A DNA stretch of 64,000 nt from an uncultured Gemmatimonadales bacterium. Its GTDB lineage: Bacteria; Gemmatimonadota; Gemmatimonadetes; Longimicrobiales; RSA9. A program made the position numbers and the translations under genes. This document shows positions 53,331 through 64,000 of this stretch, one piece after another (position 1 is the first letter of the stretch; every line of letters starts with the position of its first letter). Under the pieces are notes generated by a model, which saw only the letters and a program-made list of their open reading frames with translations, had not been told where the DNA came from and searched no databases. The DNA lies in contig CAVUKA010000008.1 of NCBI GenBank assembly GCA_963741945.1, positions 64,001-128,000 of the forward strand. Direction: 5' to 3'.

Positions 53331-54347
53331 ATGAGCGACGTCCTGGCTCCGAGCCGCGTGATGGAGCGGGCCGTGCCTCCCGAGGAGGTGCGGCGCCGCT
53401 TTGCCGTGGTCATCCCCGCGTACAACGAAGCGGACAACATGCCCGACCTCCTGCGTGAGCTGCGAGCTACGTGGGAGAAGCACGGCCTCCAGGGCCAGGT
53501 CGTCCTGGTGGATGATGGTTCTTCCGACGACACCGTCACCCGCGCTCTTGCCGCGGCCCAGGGCTGGGACCGCTTCAAAGTGGTCCGCCACCGCCGCAAC
53601 TTCGGCAAGACGGAGGCGATGGTTACGGGTGCCAGCGCAACGGACGCCGAGTGGGTGGTCCTCTTCGACGCCGATCTGCAGCACGACACCGAGGAGATCC
53701 CCCGTTACCTGGACAAGCTGGCGGAGGGCTGGGACATCGTCACGGGCCGCAAGGTGGGCCGATACGAGAAGCGGGCCGTCTCGAGCACCTACAACCGATT
53801 GAGCCGGCTCCTCTTCAAGGTCCCGGTCTCGGACCTCAACAGCATGAAGGGATTTCGGCGCGAGGTCCTCTCCGAGATCCCTCTCCGCCACGACTGGCAC
53901 CGCTTCTTCGTGGTCATCGCCTACGACCGCGGCTTCACGGTCGCGGAGATCGACATCACTCTCCACCCGAGACGGCACGGCGAGGCCAAGTACTCCGGAC
54001 GCGGCCGCATCGTGGTCGGCGTTCTCGACCTCGTCTCGGTGGCCTTCGTCCTCCTGTTCTCCCGCAAGCCCATGCTCTTCTTCGGGCTCAGCGGACTGGT
54101 CATGGCCGGCCTCGGTGTCATTGTGGGCCTGATCACCATCGGACTCCGCGTGGCTCACGCCATGCCACCTTTCGGCTTCCGGCCGCTCCTCTACCTCGTC
54201 ATCCTCCTCGAGACCCTCGGGTTCCTCCTCTTCGGGTTCGGCCTGGTGGCCGAGATGATCGCCCAGCAGCGCGCCGAGATCGAAGCCATCCGACGGCACG
54301 CCGATACGCCCAATACCCCTTCGACCCCGGCACCTCCGGCGGCATGA
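53331..54347 (+). CDS. GT2 glycosyltransferase, ArnC/GtrB/CsbB-like polyprenyl-phosphate glycosyltransferase
   Basis: VVIPAYNEADN, VDDGSSDDT, RRNFGKTEA, DADLQH, DIVTGRK, HRFF; two C-terminal TM helices. Confidence 0.88.
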   Translation: MSDVLAPSRVMERAVPPEEVRRRFAVVIPAYNEADNMPDLLRELRATWEKHGLQGQVVLVDDGSSDDTVTRALAAAQGWDRFKVVRHRRNFGKTEAMVTGASATDAEWVVLFDADLQHDTEEIPRYLDKLAEGWDIVTGRKVGRYEKRAVSSTYNRLSRLLFKVPVSDLNSMKGFRREVLSEIPLRHDWHRFFVVIAYDRGFTVAEIDITLHPRRHGEAKYSGRGRIVVGVLDLVSVAFVLLFSRKPMLFFGLSGLVMAGLGVIVGLITIGLRVAHAMPPFGFRPLLYLVILLETLGFLLFGFGLVAEMIAQQRAEIEAIRRHADTPNTPSTPAPPAA

Positions 54348-54432
54348 GCGGGATCGCGCTCGCGCCAGCGCACGCCTCGACCCGGGCATCTTGTGATTGT
54401 GGCCACGCCGCTATACAACAGCATCTTACGAC

Positions 54433-54460
54433 CATTTATATAACCCGATTTATAGCGGCC
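54433..54460. other. dif-like XerCD recombination site candidate
   Basis: CATTTATATAA-CCCGAT-TTATAGCGGCC: 11-6-11 layout with ATAA-N6-TTAT core, in an AT-rich intergenic patch. Confidence 0.4.
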
Positions 54461-54561
54461 CGCGCGGTACCTGGAGCTGCCAGGAGCGGACCGATGCCTG
54501 GGAACGGGACGAGGGGCGCGAGGCGGTTGCGCGAGGCGACCGCGCCGGAGGGAGGCCGCCG

Positions 54562-55587
54562 ATGAGGGTGGATTTCGGTGTCGTCAACTTCAACGGCGGC
54601 GAACAGGTGGTGGAATGCGTGGCCTCAATCCTGGAGCAGGAGGGAGTGGAGGCCCGGGCCTGGGTATTCGACAACGCATCGGAGGACGGTTCGGCCGAAG
54701 CCGTGGCGGAGCGCTGTCCGGGCGCTACGGTGGTGCGTTCGAGGCGGAACCTCGGATATGCGGGCGCGTTGAACCGGCTGCTCGAGCGGATGGACGCAGA
54801 GGTGGTGGTGCTCTGCAACATGGATCTCCGGTTTCCGCGCAGATGGTCGATGGCGATCCAGCGCACGCTGTCGGGGAACCCGGAAGCGGATGCCGTCGCC
54901 AGCGTGGTGGTGGAGATGACCGATCCTCCGGTGGTGAATTCGCTGGGGATTCGCTTCTACGCCGACCTGCACGCACAGAATGCGGGATCCGGTGAGCCGT
55001 ACCGGCCCGAAGAGGTGGCCAGCCGGAGTCGCGGTGCATTTGGTGCGTACGGCGCCGTGATGTGCTTCCGACGCCCCGCGCTGGAGGGGCTGCGATTCGA
55101 TGAGAGCTACTTCCTCTTCTTCGAGGAAACGGACTTCTTCCTCCGCTTCGCGCTCTTGGGCCACCGCACCATCCTGGCGCCGGATGCCGTGGTGTATCAC
55201 CAGCGGTCGCTGTCCACACGCCGATACTCACCGCTGAAGCTCTATTATGGCGAGCGGAACCGGCTGACCACGGTGTTCAAGCTGCTCCCCGCGTGGTACT
55301 GGCCGATCTCGCTCGCGCACAGCGTGGTGCGGTATGCGCGGCTGGCCCGATCGCTGTCAGGGGAGACGGGCGCGGGCGCGCGACCGGGTGCCTCCCGGCC
55401 CGAGCTGCCCGGGAAGGGCGTGATCGTGACCACGATCCTGAAGGCATGGGGAGCCGCGGTCGTGCGGCTCCCGGGGACACTCCGGGCGCGCCGCCGGTTC
55501 TGGCGCGCGGCGCCGGCGTCGCCCCGTGACGCGCTGGCGCTGCTGAAGCGCTACCGACTCCCCGCGTCGGAGCTCACGGCCCGCTGA
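54562..55587 (+). CDS. GT2 glycosyltransferase (WbbL/rhamnosyltransferase-like)
   Basis: VVNFNG, FDNASEDGS, NLGYAGALN, LCNMD, FDESYFLFFEETDF, YYGERNRL. Confidence 0.85.
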   Translation: MRVDFGVVNFNGGEQVVECVASILEQEGVEARAWVFDNASEDGSAEAVAERCPGATVVRSRRNLGYAGALNRLLERMDAEVVVLCNMDLRFPRRWSMAIQRTLSGNPEADAVASVVVEMTDPPVVNSLGIRFYADLHAQNAGSGEPYRPEEVASRSRGAFGAYGAVMCFRRPALEGLRFDESYFLFFEETDFFLRFALLGHRTILAPDAVVYHQRSLSTRRYSPLKLYYGERNRLTTVFKLLPAWYWPISLAHSVVRYARLARSLSGETGAGARPGASRPELPGKGVIVTTILKAWGAAVVRLPGTLRARRRFWRAAPASPRDALALLKRYRLPASELTAR

Positions 55588-56512
55588 CATCGTTGTCGCG
55601 GGGGCGGGCAATGGCCACGGCCAGACCGGCGCCCAGGAGCTCGGCAACGATGAGCCAGAGGCGAAAGGACACCGCGATGACGGCGGCGACGCCAATGGAA
55701 GCGATCGGCCCCAGGATGAGCGTGAGCGCGGCCTCGCGCGCACCCAGTCCGCCGGGCGCGATGAAGACCAGATAGCCGATGAGGAAGGCGAGAGCGTTGG
55801 CGGCCACGAGCGCCGGCACGAGCGTGAGCGGGATTCCCACCATGGCGTCGGCGAGGAGGGCGAACGCCACCCCGTAGATCAGCCATGCGACGACGCCCAG
55901 CGCCAGCAGGACGATCCCCTGCAGCCATGTCCCCGTCCACGCCAGCTCCAGCGAGGCGAGCCGCCGAGGCACGAGCCTGAGCCCGAAATTGAGCACCCGG
56001 GGGTGCACCGCCGCGAGCCCGACGATTGCCGCCGCCACCACCGCGGCGTCGCCGTACGTGCCGAGCCCGCGGGCCATGGCCGGCAGCGCGAAGAGCGACA
56101 CGATGGCGGCCGAAACCAGGGTGATTCCCGTCTGGATCACCAGGGAGGTGAGCAGGACCGGCCCCGGGACACCCGCCCGGCCGCCGAGCTGGACCACGCC
56201 CACGAACTGCCAGATCTTGCCGGGGACATAGCGGGCGAGGTTCGAAAGGAACCAGATCCAGCCGAGCGTGCGGAAGCGGGGCCCGGGCACGTCGAACCGG
56301 GCGATCACCCGGCCCCAGACGAAGATGCCCCAGACCAGCGCGGCCAACAGGACCAGCACGCTGGCCGCAAGCTCGAACGGCCGCACGTGCCACTCGATCG
56401 AGGCGAGATGGCTCCAGTTCCTGCCTATGGCAAGGCCCAGGAACACGGCCGTGGCAGCCACGAGCACCGCCGCCAGCAGGCGTCGCAGCAGGGGCCGGCG
56501 CGTCGCTGCCAT
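55574..56512 (-). CDS. Lysylphosphatidylglycerol-synthase TM domain / flippase-like membrane protein
   Basis: SNLARYVPGKIW, FIAPGGLGAREAAL, FRLW; about 8 hydrophobic helices. Confidence 0.8.
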   Translation of the reverse strand: MAATRRPLLRRLLAAVLVAATAVFLGLAIGRNWSHLASIEWHVRPFELAASVLVLLAALVWGIFVWGRVIARFDVPGPRFRTLGWIWFLSNLARYVPGKIWQFVGVVQLGGRAGVPGPVLLTSLVIQTGITLVSAAIVSLFALPAMARGLGTYGDAAVVAAAIVGLAAVHPRVLNFGLRLVPRRLASLELAWTGTWLQGIVLLALGVVAWLIYGVAFALLADAMVGIPLTLVPALVAANALAFLIGYLVFIAPGGLGAREAALTLILGPIASIGVAAVIAVSFRLWLIVAELLGAGLAVAIARPRDNDVSGP

Positions 56513-56526
56513 CCTGTGCCCTCCGT

Positions 56527-58920
56527 TCAGACCCGACGCCTCCGCCACAGCGGCGGGACGGCAGTGGCCAGCAGGAGGAGGAACGCCGAGACGAGCGTGA
56601 CGACCACGCCCGTGTAGAGCGCCGACGGGTGAAAGACGAAGTCCACCTCGTGGTCCCCCTCGGGAACCACCACGCCACGGAACGTGTGATCCACGAGGTG
56701 CACGGGGACTTCGGCGCCGTCGACGGTGGCTTTCCAGCCCGGATAGTAGTTGTCCGCCAGAACCAGGAGGGCGCGGCGGCTCGCCTCGGTGGTGATCCGG
56801 ACGCGATCCGGATGGTGCTCGATCACGCGCGCCGCTCCCTCGAGCGGTGACTCGGGGAGTGGCGTGCCAAGTGGCTCCGCCAGCACCGCGGTGCGCGCCG
56901 GGTCGAACGTGGAATCGTCGAACAGTCGGAGCGCTTCGCCCGGCTCCGTCGCCACCACTACCGCGCCGGCCAGCCACGCGCGCGGAAGGGCGCCCGGGAC
57001 TTCATACACATCCGCCTCGGGGCCCTGGTAGACCACCGGGAGCCCCGGGATCCCCGCCGTGCTGACGATATAACGGACGTTGGCCGCGCGAAGGAAGTTG
57101 GCGCGCGCCGACGCGGCCCCCCCGGGCGCCTGGATGAGGCGCTGGAGGTCGGCCAGGAAATTGTGCCAGTCCACGTACGACGTCTCGCCTGCGCCCACGA
57201 ACTCGTTGTAGCGCTGGAGCTGGTTGCCATGCTCCCCGCCCGCCTGCTCGATGCCGTGATACATCAGGTAGTTCGTGTTGTTGCGGTACGGGGGGGCGTT
57301 CCCGACGCTGATGGGCAGCGCCCAGACGCGGAACGGGCCCGGCTCTGCTGCGAGCGTCCGGACCACGCCGTCCGCCGCGAACATGGACGACGGCGGCGCC
57401 ACCGTCTCGAAGAAGTGCCGGTCCACCACCCAGAGGTCCACCACCACCAGCACCGCGAGTGCCGCGGCGACGGCTCCGGACGGGATCGACGCCCTGAGCC
57501 AGAGCCAGAGAGCGCCGCTGGCGAGCCAGGTGACGATGGCCACCCGGAACGCTCCGCCGGCGAGGGCCGAAGCCCGCGCGTCGCCAGCACCGCCGCCGGC
57601 GGCGGACAGGAGGACGATGAGTGCGAGCGCCGAAGCGCCCGCCAGGATCCACGGCACGGCGTGGACGGCATCCGCAGGTTCGCGGGCGCTGTCATCGCGC
57701 AGCGCGGCCAGGCGTTCCAGCGTGAGCGCCGCCATCATCACCAGAGAGGTGGACACCAGGAAGAACGCGATGGAGGGTGCCCGGAATTTGGAGGTCCCCG
57801 GCAGCACGTCGTAGTACAGCCGGTAGATCGGCGTGTACCCGCCGAACGAGATGGTCAGGGCGAAGACCGTCAGGCCGAGGAAGAACCACCAGAAGGGGTC
57901 GCGGCGCGACACCCAGGCGCCCACCAGCGTGAGCAGCACGATCACGGCGCCCACGTACTCCGTGTGCAGCTTGAACGGGTTCTCGCCCCGATAGTTCTCG
58001 AGGATGCCGGCCCGCTCCGGGAGCGCGAGCCCGCTGAGCTCGGCGGGCGGCATGGACCACGAGGTGGCGTATTCGTAGCCGCGGCCCGGGCCTCCGCGGG
58101 GCGACGCGTCCACGTAGCCGGCGAATGGCAGGAAGTTCACCGCGGCCATCCCGAACGCCAGTCCGACGGCCGCGAGCCCCATGGCGGCCCGGGCGACGAG
58201 CGCCCCGCGGGATGCTCGCCGCCGCTGGCGCACGAGGGCGAACACGGCCCATGCCGCACCGGCCAGAAGCAGGTAGTAGTTGCTCTGGATCTGGAACGAA
58301 AGCAGCGAAAACCCCAGCACCGCCCCCATCCCGGCGAACGAGACCGGGCTGCCCGTCCGCACTCCCCGGTGAAGGAAGAAGAGGAAGAGGGGCGCGAACG
58401 TGGCCACGATGATCCGGCCCTCGTGGCCCGCGAACACGAACGACATGGTGAGGCCCGTGAACTCGAACGCCAGCCCCGCGATGAACGCCACCCAGCGTCG
58501 CGCGCCCAGCTCACGGCTCAGGGCGAACGCACCCATGCCCGCCAGCGTGAACTGGATCACGTACATGGCGGGGAAAATCCGGCTGACTGGAAAGACCAGA
58601 TCCGCCAGAAAGCGGAACGGATAGAAGGCGCTCCCCGGGTTCGCGAACATCGGCACGCCGCCGTAGAGGAACGGATCCCATTTCGGCATGGCCCAGGCGG
58701 CGAAGCGCTGGGAAATGAAGTCGTGGGCGAAGAACGCGCCGGCCAGGTAATCCGTGCCGAAGATGTGCCGTCCCGGGAGGAACGCGGGGAGGAAGTAGAT
58801 CAACGCGAGCCCGAAATAGATGGCCGCCGCCGTCCAACCGCCAAGCCAGCTGGCGACGTCGGCCCGTTCGTCACCGGCCGCGTTCGCGGCACCATTCGCT
58901 TCAGTTCTCCTGACCATCAT
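56527..58920 (-). CDS. YfhO family membrane protein (GT-C glycosyltransferase-like)
   Basis: PKWDPFLYGGVPMFANP, many TM helices, FRAPS, ALPRAWL, LVLADNYYPGWKATVDG, FRGVVVPEGDHEVDFVFHP. Confidence 0.85.
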   Translation of the reverse strand: MMVRRTEANGAANAAGDERADVASWLGGWTAAAIYFGLALIYFLPAFLPGRHIFGTDYLAGAFFAHDFISQRFAAWAMPKWDPFLYGGVPMFANPGSAFYPFRFLADLVFPVSRIFPAMYVIQFTLAGMGAFALSRELGARRWVAFIAGLAFEFTGLTMSFVFAGHEGRIIVATFAPLFLFFLHRGVRTGSPVSFAGMGAVLGFSLLSFQIQSNYYLLLAGAAWAVFALVRQRRRASRGALVARAAMGLAAVGLAFGMAAVNFLPFAGYVDASPRGGPGRGYEYATSWSMPPAELSGLALPERAGILENYRGENPFKLHTEYVGAVIVLLTLVGAWVSRRDPFWWFFLGLTVFALTISFGGYTPIYRLYYDVLPGTSKFRAPSIAFFLVSTSLVMMAALTLERLAALRDDSAREPADAVHAVPWILAGASALALIVLLSAAGGGAGDARASALAGGAFRVAIVTWLASGALWLWLRASIPSGAVAAALAVLVVVDLWVVDRHFFETVAPPSSMFAADGVVRTLAAEPGPFRVWALPISVGNAPPYRNNTNYLMYHGIEQAGGEHGNQLQRYNEFVGAGETSYVDWHNFLADLQRLIQAPGGAASARANFLRAANVRYIVSTAGIPGLPVVYQGPEADVYEVPGALPRAWLAGAVVVATEPGEALRLFDDSTFDPARTAVLAEPLGTPLPESPLEGAARVIEHHPDRVRITTEASRRALLVLADNYYPGWKATVDGAEVPVHLVDHTFRGVVVPEGDHEVDFVFHPSALYTGVVVTLVSAFLLLLATAVPPLWRRRRV

Positions 58921-59708
58921 GGCACCTGGTGATAGGCCACGGACCCGTTGGGGACGGCGTAGACGTCGTGATCCCGAGCGAACTCATGGAGCCAGCGCGT
59001 CACGCCGCTCTGCTCGAGCCGGCCGTAATCATGCCACACCACCACGCCTCCGGGCCGGACGCAACGCATGGCATTGAGTGTGTCGGAGCGGACGTAATCG
59101 TACGAATGAGCGCCGTCGACGAAGAACAGGTCCACCTGCCCGTGCCACGGCGAGAAGTCGAATGCAGCGCTGTCGCCGTAATGGCGCTCCACCTTGTGCG
59201 CGACATCGCTCCCTTCGAAGAGGGCGGGCCCGACGTCACGATCGATGAGCTTGTGATCCGTGGCCGTCGTGCGGAGGGTGGTGCCCCGGTCCTCCCGCGG
59301 CAGATCCAGGGTGTGGATGCGGGCATCGGGTGGCGTATTGAGCGCCATGTGAAGAGCCGTGTAGCCCACGAACGTCCCGATCTCGAACACTGTCTGCGGC
59401 GCCAGCGCCCTGCACAGCAGCACCAGGCTCAGCAGGTCCAGGGCGAATGGCGCCGTCTCGCTGTGCAGCCAGTTGTATCCATTCAGCCCGCCGAGCCGGA
59501 CATCCGCGGCCCGGAGCGGAAAAGCCTCGTACACGGGCCTCCGGGGCAGACCGCCCCCGTGCTCGAGCTGGTATTGGAACAGGGTCTCCGACGCGTAGCG
59601 TAACAGCGCCCGCGGCCGCCCCAGGAGTCGGACGGACGCGAGATTTCCCCCCAGCACGACGTTCCTGCTGACTCGGAGGGCGAGCACCATCTTCCCCTTC
59701 AGGCTCAT
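58917..59708 (-). CDS. Class I SAM-dependent methyltransferase (Methyltransf_24-like)
   Basis: VFEIGTFVGYTA, GDSA, DLFFVDGAHSYDYVRSD, RPGGVVVWHDY. Confidence 0.88.
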   Translation of the reverse strand: MSLKGKMVLALRVSRNVVLGGNLASVRLLGRPRALLRYASETLFQYQLEHGGGLPRRPVYEAFPLRAADVRLGGLNGYNWLHSETAPFALDLLSLVLLCRALAPQTVFEIGTFVGYTALHMALNTPPDARIHTLDLPREDRGTTLRTTATDHKLIDRDVGPALFEGSDVAHKVERHYGDSAAFDFSPWHGQVDLFFVDGAHSYDYVRSDTLNAMRCVRPGGVVVWHDYGRLEQSGVTRWLHEFARDHDVYAVPNGSVAYHQVP

Positions 59709-59710
59709 GG

Positions 59711-60711
59711 CTACGTCTCGCTCCCGCTCTGCGCCTCGCCCGCCCCCGCGGCAACACGCGTCAGGTGGGCCACCAGGTCTCGCACGCTCTCTTCCAGCCG
59801 ACGACGCGGCCGCCAGCCCGTCTCCGCCATCAGCCGGCCGGGGTCGCCCACCAGTGAAGGAAGGTCCACCGGGCGGAGCCGGGCCGGATCCGTCTCCATG
59901 GCCACGTCCACACCGACGGCTGTTCGCAGGGCCTCGAGGAGGTCACCCAGCGAAGTCCCATGCCCGGAACAGACGTTGTACACCCCCCGCGCGGCCTCCG
60001 CGTCCAGCAGGTCCATGTAAGCGGTCGCGCCATCCCGCACGTCCATGAAGTCACGGACCACGTCCAGGTTCCCGACCCGCAGCGTCGGCGGATGATCGCC
60101 TTGCGCAATGGCCAGCAGCTGTGTGGCCCAGTCCGCAGCCACGAACGGAGGGAGCTGTCCGGGCCCGAGGTGAGGGAATGTCCGCGTCTGGATCATGCGC
60201 ACGGCCTCCCCGTGGGCGAACGCCCAGCCGAGCATCTCCTGCGCCGCCTTGCTGGCCGCGTACGGATTCGACGGGCGCAGCGGCATCGTCTCCGTGAGCG
60301 GCTGCGCGTCCGTCCCCGAGCGCCCGTACGCTTCCGCCGACCCAACCAGGAGGACGGGGCGGGGAAGGGCCGGCGCCGGCAGGGCTTCCACGGCCAGCAG
60401 CAGGTGGAGGGTCCCCGTGGCATTCACGTCGAACGTGGCCCGTGGCTGCGTCCAGCTCCGGGACACGGACGACGAGGCAGCCAGATGAACCACGGCGTCG
60501 GGAACGGCCCGGGCGACGAGGTCGTCGACGGAGCGGTGGTCCCGCAGGTCGAACGTTATCCGCCGCACCCGGTTCCACGCGCCGGTCTCGAGCGTACCGG
60601 CGGACGGTCGATCCCCGGCGATCCCGGCCACCACGTCGTGGCCGCGGGAAAGGAGCTCCGCCACCACGTGCTGCCCGACGAAGCCGTCGGCGCCCGTGAC
60701 CAGAACCCGCA

Positions 60712-60712
<1 letters not shown>
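59711..60712 (-). CDS. Extended SDR, probable GDP-4-keto-6-deoxy-D-mannose reductase (Rmd-like)
   Basis: VLVTGADGFVG, HLAASSSVSRSW, GSAEAYG, YAASK, HLGPGQ, VGNLDVVRDFMDVRD; translationally coupled to gmd. Confidence 0.75.
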
Positions 60713-62924
<2,212 letters not shown>

Positions 62925-62953
62925 TTGTAGACGGCCCGGGAAGGGGGTAACTT
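62925..62953 (+). promoter_or_regulatory. Putative sigma70 promoter for the Ppm1-like gene
   Basis: TTGTAG-N17-TAACTT, 47 nt upstream of ATG 63001. Confidence 0.5.
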
Positions 62954-63000
62954 TGCAGTCGCCGCAAGGTACCGGGCGGCTCCGCTAACTTCAAGACTGC

Positions 63001-63732
63001 ATGGGAGATAAGCTGGAGAAGGCCCTCGTCGTCGTGCCGACGTACAACGAGCGCGACAATATCCATCGCCTGGTCCCTCTCGTTCTCGAGCAGGATCCGC
63101 GGCTCGAAATCCTCATCATCGACGACGACTCGCCCGACGGCACCGGCGAGATCGCCGACCGGCTCGCCACGCGCGAGCCCCGGCTCCACGTCCTCCACCG
63201 CACAGACAAGCTCGGCCTCGGCACCGCCTACATCGCAGGCTTCAGATGGGGGCTCGACCGGGATTACGACATCCTCTTCGAGATGGACGCCGACTTCTCC
63301 CACGACCCGAGCCATCTCCCCCAGTTCCTCGACGCCATCCGCGAGTTCGACATGGTCCTGGGCTCCCGCTATCTCCATGGCCGCGTCACCGTGGTCAACT
63401 GGCCCATGTCCCGCCTCCTCCTCTCCTGGTTCGCCAATCTCTATGCCCGCGTCGCGACTGGACTTCCAGTAACGGATGCTACGGGAGGGTTCAAGTGCTT
63501 TCGCGCCAACGTCTTGAGGGGTATTGATCTCGACCGCGTTGGGTCCGAGGGCTACTCCTTCCAGATCGAGATGAGTCTGCGAGCCTGGCGCAACGGGTTC
63601 TCCATCGGGGAGATCCCGATCGTGTTCGCGGACCGGGACGTCGGGGAGTCGAAGATGTCGAAGCGGATCATCTGGGAGGCCGTTTGGCGGGTCTGGGCGC
63701 TCCGTGTCCTCGACCTCTTCGGACGGCTCTGA
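63001..63732 (+). CDS. Polyprenol-monophosphomannose synthase-like GT2 (Ppm1/DPM1-like)
   Basis: VVPTYNERDN, IDDDSPDGTG, KLGLGTAYIAGF, EMDADFSHDP, LGSRY, DATGGFKCFR, GYSFQIEM. Confidence 0.9.
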   Translation: MGDKLEKALVVVPTYNERDNIHRLVPLVLEQDPRLEILIIDDDSPDGTGEIADRLATREPRLHVLHRTDKLGLGTAYIAGFRWGLDRDYDILFEMDADFSHDPSHLPQFLDAIREFDMVLGSRYLHGRVTVVNWPMSRLLLSWFANLYARVATGLPVTDATGGFKCFRANVLRGIDLDRVGSEGYSFQIEMSLRAWRNGFSIGEIPIVFADRDVGESKMSKRIIWEAVWRVWALRVLDLFGRL

Positions 63733-63736
63733 GGCC

Positions 63737-64000
63737 GTGGCTCTCTCGGACCTCCTCTGGGCGTGCCCCGAGTGCGGCGAGATGGGGGCTCTGCGAGAGG
63801 GCGGGCGCCCGGGTGAGTGCGCCGCGTGCGGCGCACGTTTCGAGAGGGGTCCGGGGGCATCCATCCGGTGCGTTCTCCCGGACGGCCGAACGGTGGTCCG
63901 CCCGGCTGCCGAGTGGGTGGATCGTCTGCCGGATCTCGAAACGATGCTCCGAGAGGTGAGGGACGGGGAAACGGTGCGGACCGCGCACGTCGTTGCACGG
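63737..64000 (+). CDS. Zinc-ribbon-containing protein, 5' fragment (runs off the window; absent from the ORF track)
   Basis: GTG 4 nt after the Ppm1-like stop; my translation MALSDLLWACPECGEMGALREGGRPGECAACGARFERG... stays open to the window end; CPxC-x14-CxxC. Confidence 0.65.
   Translation, partial: MALSDLLWACPECGEMGALREGGRPGECAACGARFERGPGASIRCVLPDGRTVVRPAAEWVDRLPDLETMLREVRDGETVRTAHVVAR

Overview
High-GC chromosomal window dominated by housekeeping genes, almost all on the + strand up to ~55.6 kb. Gene content and order suggest a diderm LPS producer, probably Gemmatimonadota (my inference from synteny, not verified). In order: end of an acyl-CoA carboxylase beta subunit, biotin carboxylase, a tandem-domain hypothetical, moaDEA, mdh-sdhCAB, dcd (minus strand), a complete nuoA-N operon, phosphomannomutase, UPF0182, carbamate kinase, sucCD, a PTS-EIIA/CBS fusion, ndk, yceD-rpmF-plsX-fabHDG-acpP-fabF, ispF-dedA-xerD-pabA/trpG, a beta-helix plus outer-membrane barrel protein, kdsB-pyrG-kdsA-kdsC-kdsD-lptC-lptA-lptB-rpoN, and a surface-glycan cluster (three GT2s including a Ppm1-like one, GT4, flippase-like, YfhO, methyltransferase, rmd-like, gmd). 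I saw no rRNA, tRNA, CRISPR array, transposase or prophage. The most notable observations are an atypical Lpt bridge (LptB with a ~155-aa N-terminal extra domain, 534-aa LptA, lipoprotein LptC) with a co-operonic bactofilin-like/barrel protein, a YfhO-type lipid-carrier glycosylation system, an EIIA-CBS fusion, a long structured inverted-repeat element after rpoN, and a dif-like site at the edge of the glycan cluster. All family calls come from motif recognition by eye; no database searches were run.
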